This document shows, in pieces, positions 35,858-39,366 of a stretch of 39,366 bases of DNA; positions within the stretch are counted from its first letter, which is position 1; every line of letters starts with the position of its first letter. The DNA comes from Eubacteriales bacterium (GTDB taxonomy: Bacteria; Bacillota; Clostridia; Oscillospirales; CAG-272): the NCBI GenBank assembly GCA_045661285.1, contig JAZRFI010000072.1, positions 1 to 39,366 of the forward strand, in the 5' to 3' direction. The notes beneath the pieces are model-generated. The model was given only the letters and a program-made list of their open reading frames with translations, had not been told where the DNA came from and did no database searches. The position numbers and the translations under genes were made by a program.

Positions 35858-36583
35858 TCAATGGGCGGTAACGCGGCAGGCTTCGCAAGCAAGGCCCGAA
35901 ATACCTTCACCCGCGAAATTGACCATCTCATTTCCGCAGACGGGGCAAGCGGTACCGTTTGCCTTCGCACGCTCCATATGGCAGAAGACAGGAACGTTCT
36001 TGGCCTTCTCTAAGGCACGGCAAAGACCTCTGGCGGTCTTATTGAGGCGGGAGGCGGGATTGAACATTTCCTTCTCAAGCTCGGCCGAATAGTTGTAAGC
36101 ATCAAGCTTCTGCATAGCTCTAAACTGCTCTTGCCAGTTGAGGAAGACGCTGCGCCCCTCGTTATCGAGGATCATCGGCAGCTTATAAAGCGGAACCGGC
36201 TTGCCGCAATCGCCGCAAAGCACGGGGCTTTCTTCTGCCATCATATCGGTGTAAAGCGAATACCACGAGGGGGCCTCGCAACCGCAAGAATCCTCGCAGG
36301 TGATGCAGTTTCCGACCGATTCGATACGAAGCGAGAAGATGCCTGCCAGTCTTTCAACAGCGGCAACCGTATCCTCGGAGCAATATTTGAAATCAAGCGC
36401 ATCGGCACCGGGCATCAGAAGATAAACGGCGTAACGGCTGTCTCCCTCATTTACCACCTGGAAATTCGGGTATACCTGCCCCGTTTTGGAAAGAACATCA
36501 AAGCTTTCCCAAATCAAGCCCTCGCAGTAATCGACGTTAACGATCTTCTTATGGGGACGAAGAGAAATCTTAAAATATTCCAT
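35858..36583 (-). CDS. Cys-rich Zn-ribbon-containing protein of unknown function (resembles, from memory, the DUF2310 family)
   Basis: It is 241 aa from ATG 36583 (AGGAGG 5 nt upstream). Cys clusters are CITCEDSCGC, CGDCGKP and the C-terminal CPVCGNEM-x12-CEACRV. It has its own promoter and terminator. The family assignment cannot be verified without a search. Confidence 0.55.
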   Translation of the reverse strand: MEYFKISLRPHKKIVNVDYCEGLIWESFDVLSKTGQVYPNFQVVNEGDSRYAVYLLMPGADALDFKYCSEDTVAAVERLAGIFSLRIESVGNCITCEDSCGCEAPSWYSLYTDMMAEESPVLCGDCGKPVPLYKLPMILDNEGRSVFLNWQEQFRAMQKLDAYNYSAELEKEMFNPASRLNKTARGLCRALEKAKNVPVFCHMERAKANGTACPVCGNEMVNFAGEGISGLACEACRVTAH

Positions 36584-36627
36584 AGCTGCCTCCTGTGCTT
36601 CACGCAAATAATATTATATACATTCGT

Positions 36628-36656
36628 AGTATAACAAATAAATAAACCTTTGTCAA
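36628..36656 (-). promoter_or_regulatory. Strong sigma-70-type promoter for the Zn-ribbon protein gene
   Basis: On the - strand: perfect TTGACA (36656-36651), a 17-nt spacer, then TATACT (36633-36628). It lies about 45 nt upstream of the ATG. Confidence 0.5.
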
Positions 36657-36685
36657 TGATGAAAATGAAAAAAGATGAAAAAAAC

Positions 36686-36714
36686 TTTACGATTTTCGAA
36701 ATTTGTGGTATACT
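36686..36714 (+). promoter_or_regulatory. Candidate promoter for mutY (divergent from the previous one)
   Basis: TTTACG (36686-36691), a 17-nt spacer, then TATACT (36709-36714). It lies about 27 nt upstream of the ATG at 36741. Confidence 0.4.
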
Positions 36715-36740
36715 TGAAAAAAACGGGAGGAGGAAGCCAT

Positions 36741-37814
36741 ATGGAAAAAGAAAAGATCGCCGTCGCCATAGCGCCGCTTCTTTCGTGGTACCGCGAAAAC
36801 AAGCGCCCGCTCCCCTTCCGCGCCGACGCCGATCCCTACCGCGTTTGGATCTCCGAGATCATGCTGCAGCAGACCCGTATTGAAACGGTCATTCCGTATT
36901 ACGAGCGCTTTCTTCGCGCCTTCCCCACCGTCAAGGCGCTTTCCGAGGCCGAGGACGAAGTCCTTATGAAATGCTGGGAAGGCCTCGGCTATTACAGCCG
37001 CGCAAGAAACCTGAAAAAAGCCGCCCTGAAGGTGATGACCGACTTCGGTGGGATCATTCCCGATACGGCGGAGGCGCTTCTTACCCTCCCCGGGATCGGC
37101 GCCTATACGGCCGGGGCGATCGCCTCGATCGCATACGGTCGCCCCTCTCCCGCCGTAGACGGAAACGTTCTGCGCGTTATCTGCCGTCTTTTGGCCGATG
37201 AAAGCGACGTTTTGCAAGGGGCGGTCCGCAAACGGATCAGCGCCCTTTTGGAGGCCGTTTATCCCCAAGAGCCCGCCGACGCCGCCGATCTGACACAAGC
37301 CTTGATGGAGCTTGGCGAGGTTCTTTGCACACCCGGGGAAAATCCGCGCTGCTCGGTTTGCCCTCTTGCCAAAATTTGCGAAGCTTGCAAACAAAACCTT
37401 ACAAAAACCATTCCTTATCGCGCCCCGCAAAAGCCGCGCGTGATTGAAGAAAAAACCGTATTTTTGCTTCGGTGCGGCGAGAAGATCGCCATTCAAAAGC
37501 GCCCCTCGTCGGGTCTTTTGGCGAATATGTGGGAATTTCCCGCCTGCCCCGCCCATCTTGATGAAAAAGAAGCAAAGGAAGCCGTAAGATCAATGGGTCT
37601 TACCCCCGTTCGCCTTACTCGCGCTACCGATGCCAAGCATATCTTTTCTCACCTTGAATGGCATATGCGCGGCTATTCGGTCGAATGCAAAAATGAGGGA
37701 AGCGCCCCCTTTCTGTTCGTGACCTACGAGGAATTGAAGGATACCTACGCCCTCCCCGGCGCCTTCCGCAGCTTTTTGCGCTTTCTTGAGGAAGAAGAAA
37801 AGAAAAAGAAGTGA
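36741..37814 (+). CDS. mutY: A/G-specific adenine DNA glycosylase MutY
   Basis: WYRENKRPLPFR...PYRVWISEIMLQQTRIETVIPYYERF shows the HhH-GPD fold with LPGIGAYTAGAIASIAYG. The [4Fe-4S] loop is CTPGENPRCSVCPLAKICEAC. A C-terminal NUDIX-like domain is present. I chose ATG 36741 after GGGAGGAGG. Confidence 0.9.
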   Translation: MEKEKIAVAIAPLLSWYRENKRPLPFRADADPYRVWISEIMLQQTRIETVIPYYERFLRAFPTVKALSEAEDEVLMKCWEGLGYYSRARNLKKAALKVMTDFGGIIPDTAEALLTLPGIGAYTAGAIASIAYGRPSPAVDGNVLRVICRLLADESDVLQGAVRKRISALLEAVYPQEPADAADLTQALMELGEVLCTPGENPRCSVCPLAKICEACKQNLTKTIPYRAPQKPRVIEEKTVFLLRCGEKIAIQKRPSSGLLANMWEFPACPAHLDEKEAKEAVRSMGLTPVRLTRATDAKHIFSHLEWHMRGYSVECKNEGSAPFLFVTYEELKDTYALPGAFRSFLRFLEEEEKKKK

Positions 37815-37841
37815 AAATAAGCCCCGTCTACAAAATTCCCC

Positions 37842-37870
37842 TTGCGAAAAGAAATCCGCGGCGGTATAAT
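37842..37870 (+). promoter_or_regulatory. Candidate promoter for topB
   Basis: TTGCGA (37842-37847), a 17-nt spacer, then perfect TATAAT (37865-37870). It lies 40 nt upstream of the ATG. Confidence 0.45.
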
Positions 37871-37909
37871 AATACCGTCTGACCGTTATTAAAAAGAAAG
37901 GAGAAGGAT

Positions 37910-39366
37910 ATGAAGCTGATCATTGCCGAAAAGCCCTCGCTTGCCCGCAACATCGCCGCCGGCATCGGGAAAGAGGTCAAGCGGCAGAACGGGTATCTCG
38001 AATGCGGTGAATATTTTATCAGCTGGGCCTTCGGGCATCTTTTCTCCTTGGTGGATATTGAGGCCTATTCCGAGGTTCAAACCAACGAAAAAGCGCGTTG
38101 GCGCATGGATAATCTCCCCTGTTTTCCAAAAGAGTTCCGCTATGAGCTGCGACGGGGGGACGACAAGCGCCCCGACGACGGCGTAATCCGCCAATTCAAG
38201 ACCATTGAAGCCCTTTGCAACCGAGAGGACGTTGATGAGATCATCAACGCGGGAGACGCCGACCGCGAGGGTGAGATTATCGTGCGAACCTGCGTAAACA
38301 AGGCCCTTCATACAGAGAAGAAGCAAAGCCGACTGTGGCTGCCCGACCAAACGCCCGAAACCATCAAGAAGGCGCTTCTTGAGGCGGCCGACGAAAGCCA
38401 GTACGACCGCTTGGCGGACGAGGGGTACGCCCGCACCTTTATCGACTGGCTCTACGGGGTCAATCTGACCCGTTACGCCACCCTAAAGACCGGCAAGCTT
38501 TTGCGCGTTGGGCGGGTTATCGTGCCGATCGTCAAGGCGATCTACGACCGCGACAACGCCATCTCCCATTTCGTGCCCGAAAAATATCTTGTGGCGCAAA
38601 GCCGCGCCGAGACCGACGGCACGGCGGTGGAGCTTACCTCGAAAAAGAAATTCCCTCTTAACAAGAAAGAGGAAGCCGAGGCCTATTGCGAAGCCCTGAA
38701 CCGCATCGGCGCGACGGTCACCTCGCAAAAGAGCAAGAAGGATACGCTTTCCCCCGGAAAGCTATATTCGCTCTCCAAGCTGCAAAACGTACTCGGTAAA
38801 AAATATAAGATGTCCATGACCGACAGTCTTTCGATTATCCAAAAGCTTTACGAGGACGGATATCTCACCTATCCCCGTACCAACTCGGAATACTTGGCGG
38901 TTGCCGAAAAGGACAAGGTCAAGACCATTCTCGGGAACGTAAAAAAGCTCGGTTACCCCGTTACCTTTAAGGACAGCAAAAGCATTTTTGACGACAGTAA
39001 GATCGAATCCCACTCTGCCCTAACGCCAACCTATAAGATCCCCGAAAAGGATGCGCTTACAGAGGACGAGCGCAAGGTATACTCCACCGTCTTTCGCCGC
39101 TTCGTCGCCGTCTTTTGCGCAGAGCCCTGCGAGGTGGTAAAAAGCGTATTGGAGATCAGCGTCGGAGAGCTTGAAAAATTCACCCTAAAAGGAACCGCGA
39201 TCCTCTCCCCCGGTTGGACCAAGTACGACGAAGCCTCGATCAAGGATAAGATCCTGCCCCCCTTACAGGAGGGTGAAGCCGTCACCGTCACCTTTACCCC
39301 CACCGAAAAGGAGACCTCTCCCCCGAAGCACTATACGATCGAAACGCTGAACAATTACCTCAAAAA
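37910..39366 (+). CDS. topB: DNA topoisomerase III (type IA), N-terminal ~485 aa; 3' end runs off the window; not in the supplied ORF track
   Basis: My hand translation gives MKLIIAEKPSLARNIAAGIG (TOPRIM Glu), INAGDADREGEII (DxD), the active-site segment GYLTYPRTNSEYL and ESHSALTPT. I read no in-frame stop from 37910 to the window end. RBS AAAGGAGAAGG lies upstream. Confidence 0.9.
   Translation, partial: MKLIIAEKPSLARNIAAGIGKEVKRQNGYLECGEYFISWAFGHLFSLVDIEAYSEVQTNEKARWRMDNLPCFPKEFRYELRRGDDKRPDDGVIRQFKTIEALCNREDVDEIINAGDADREGEIIVRTCVNKALHTEKKQSRLWLPDQTPETIKKALLEAADESQYDRLADEGYARTFIDWLYGVNLTRYATLKTGKLLRVGRVIVPIVKAIYDRDNAISHFVPEKYLVAQSRAETDGTAVELTSKKKFPLNKKEEAEAYCEALNRIGATVTSQKSKKDTLSPGKLYSLSKLQNVLGKKYKMSMTDSLSIIQKLYEDGYLTYPRTNSEYLAVAEKDKVKTILGNVKKLGYPVTFKDSKSIFDDSKIESHSALTPTYKIPEKDALTEDERKVYSTVFRRFVAVFCAEPCEVVKSVLEISVGELEKFTLKGTAILSPGWTKYDEASIKDKILPPLQEGEAVTVTFTPTEKETSPPKHYTIETLNNYLK

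Noticed and set aside
37910-39366. topB considered as a marker of an integrative conjugative element starting at the window edge.
   Set aside because: No relaxase, coupling protein, integrase, repeat or compositional shift is visible. The GC content matches the chromosome, and chromosomal topB is common.
1-39366. Search for tRNA, rRNA, CRISPR repeats, IS elements and toxin-antitoxin or defence-gene signatures.
   Set aside because: I found no regularly spaced direct repeats, no tRNA-like cloverleaf segments (no GTTCGAAT-type T-loops in intergenic DNA), no transposase or integrase ORFs and no small paired ORFs. Intergenic space is almost fully accounted for by promoters, terminators and leaders.

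Overview
This 39.4-kb window comes from a GC-rich Gram-positive anaerobe. Gene order and protein sequences look Clostridia-like, for example rpsD sits inside the alpha operon; this is inference only.

There are four blocks:
1. 1-11.8 kb, + strand: the distal part of a Wzx/Wzy-type surface-polysaccharide locus. It holds a DegT-family aminotransferase (5' truncated), a PglC-like priming transferase, a GT2, an orphan protein, a hexapeptide acetyltransferase, wzy, wzx, a PLP-fold/FemAB-like gene pair, and a neuC-neuA-neuB nonulosonic (sialic-acid-like) module. Everything from about 2.2 kb to 11.8 kb is conspicuously AT-rich compared with the rest of the window, so it looks like a horizontally exchanged cassette.
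2. 11.8-13.7 kb, - strand: a two-gene redox operon encoding an Isf-like Fe-S flavoprotein and an aldo/keto reductase fused to a 2x[4Fe-4S] domain.
3. 13.8-29.4 kb, - strand: a complete S10-spc-alpha supercluster. It contains 26 ribosomal protein genes plus secY, adk, map, infA and rpoA. rpmJ was absent from the ORF track and was found by hand. A consensus-like promoter and a terminator-containing leader lie upstream of rpsJ.
4. 29.8-39.4 kb: housekeeping and DNA-maintenance genes. These are a membrane protein coupled to polA, an overlapping M20 dipeptidase / PflX-like radical-SAM pair, a Cys-rich Zn-ribbon protein, mutY, and topB (3' end cut by the window).

I saw no rRNA, tRNA, CRISPR array, transposase or integrase.

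No clearly novel multi-gene system (defence, toxin or similar) can be demonstrated from sequence alone. The best candidates for undescribed biology are:
- the translationally coupled PLP-fold/FemAB-like pair next to the nonulosonic acid genes
- the orphan HP-motif protein that may be the missing nonulosonate transferase
- the attenuator-like S10 leader
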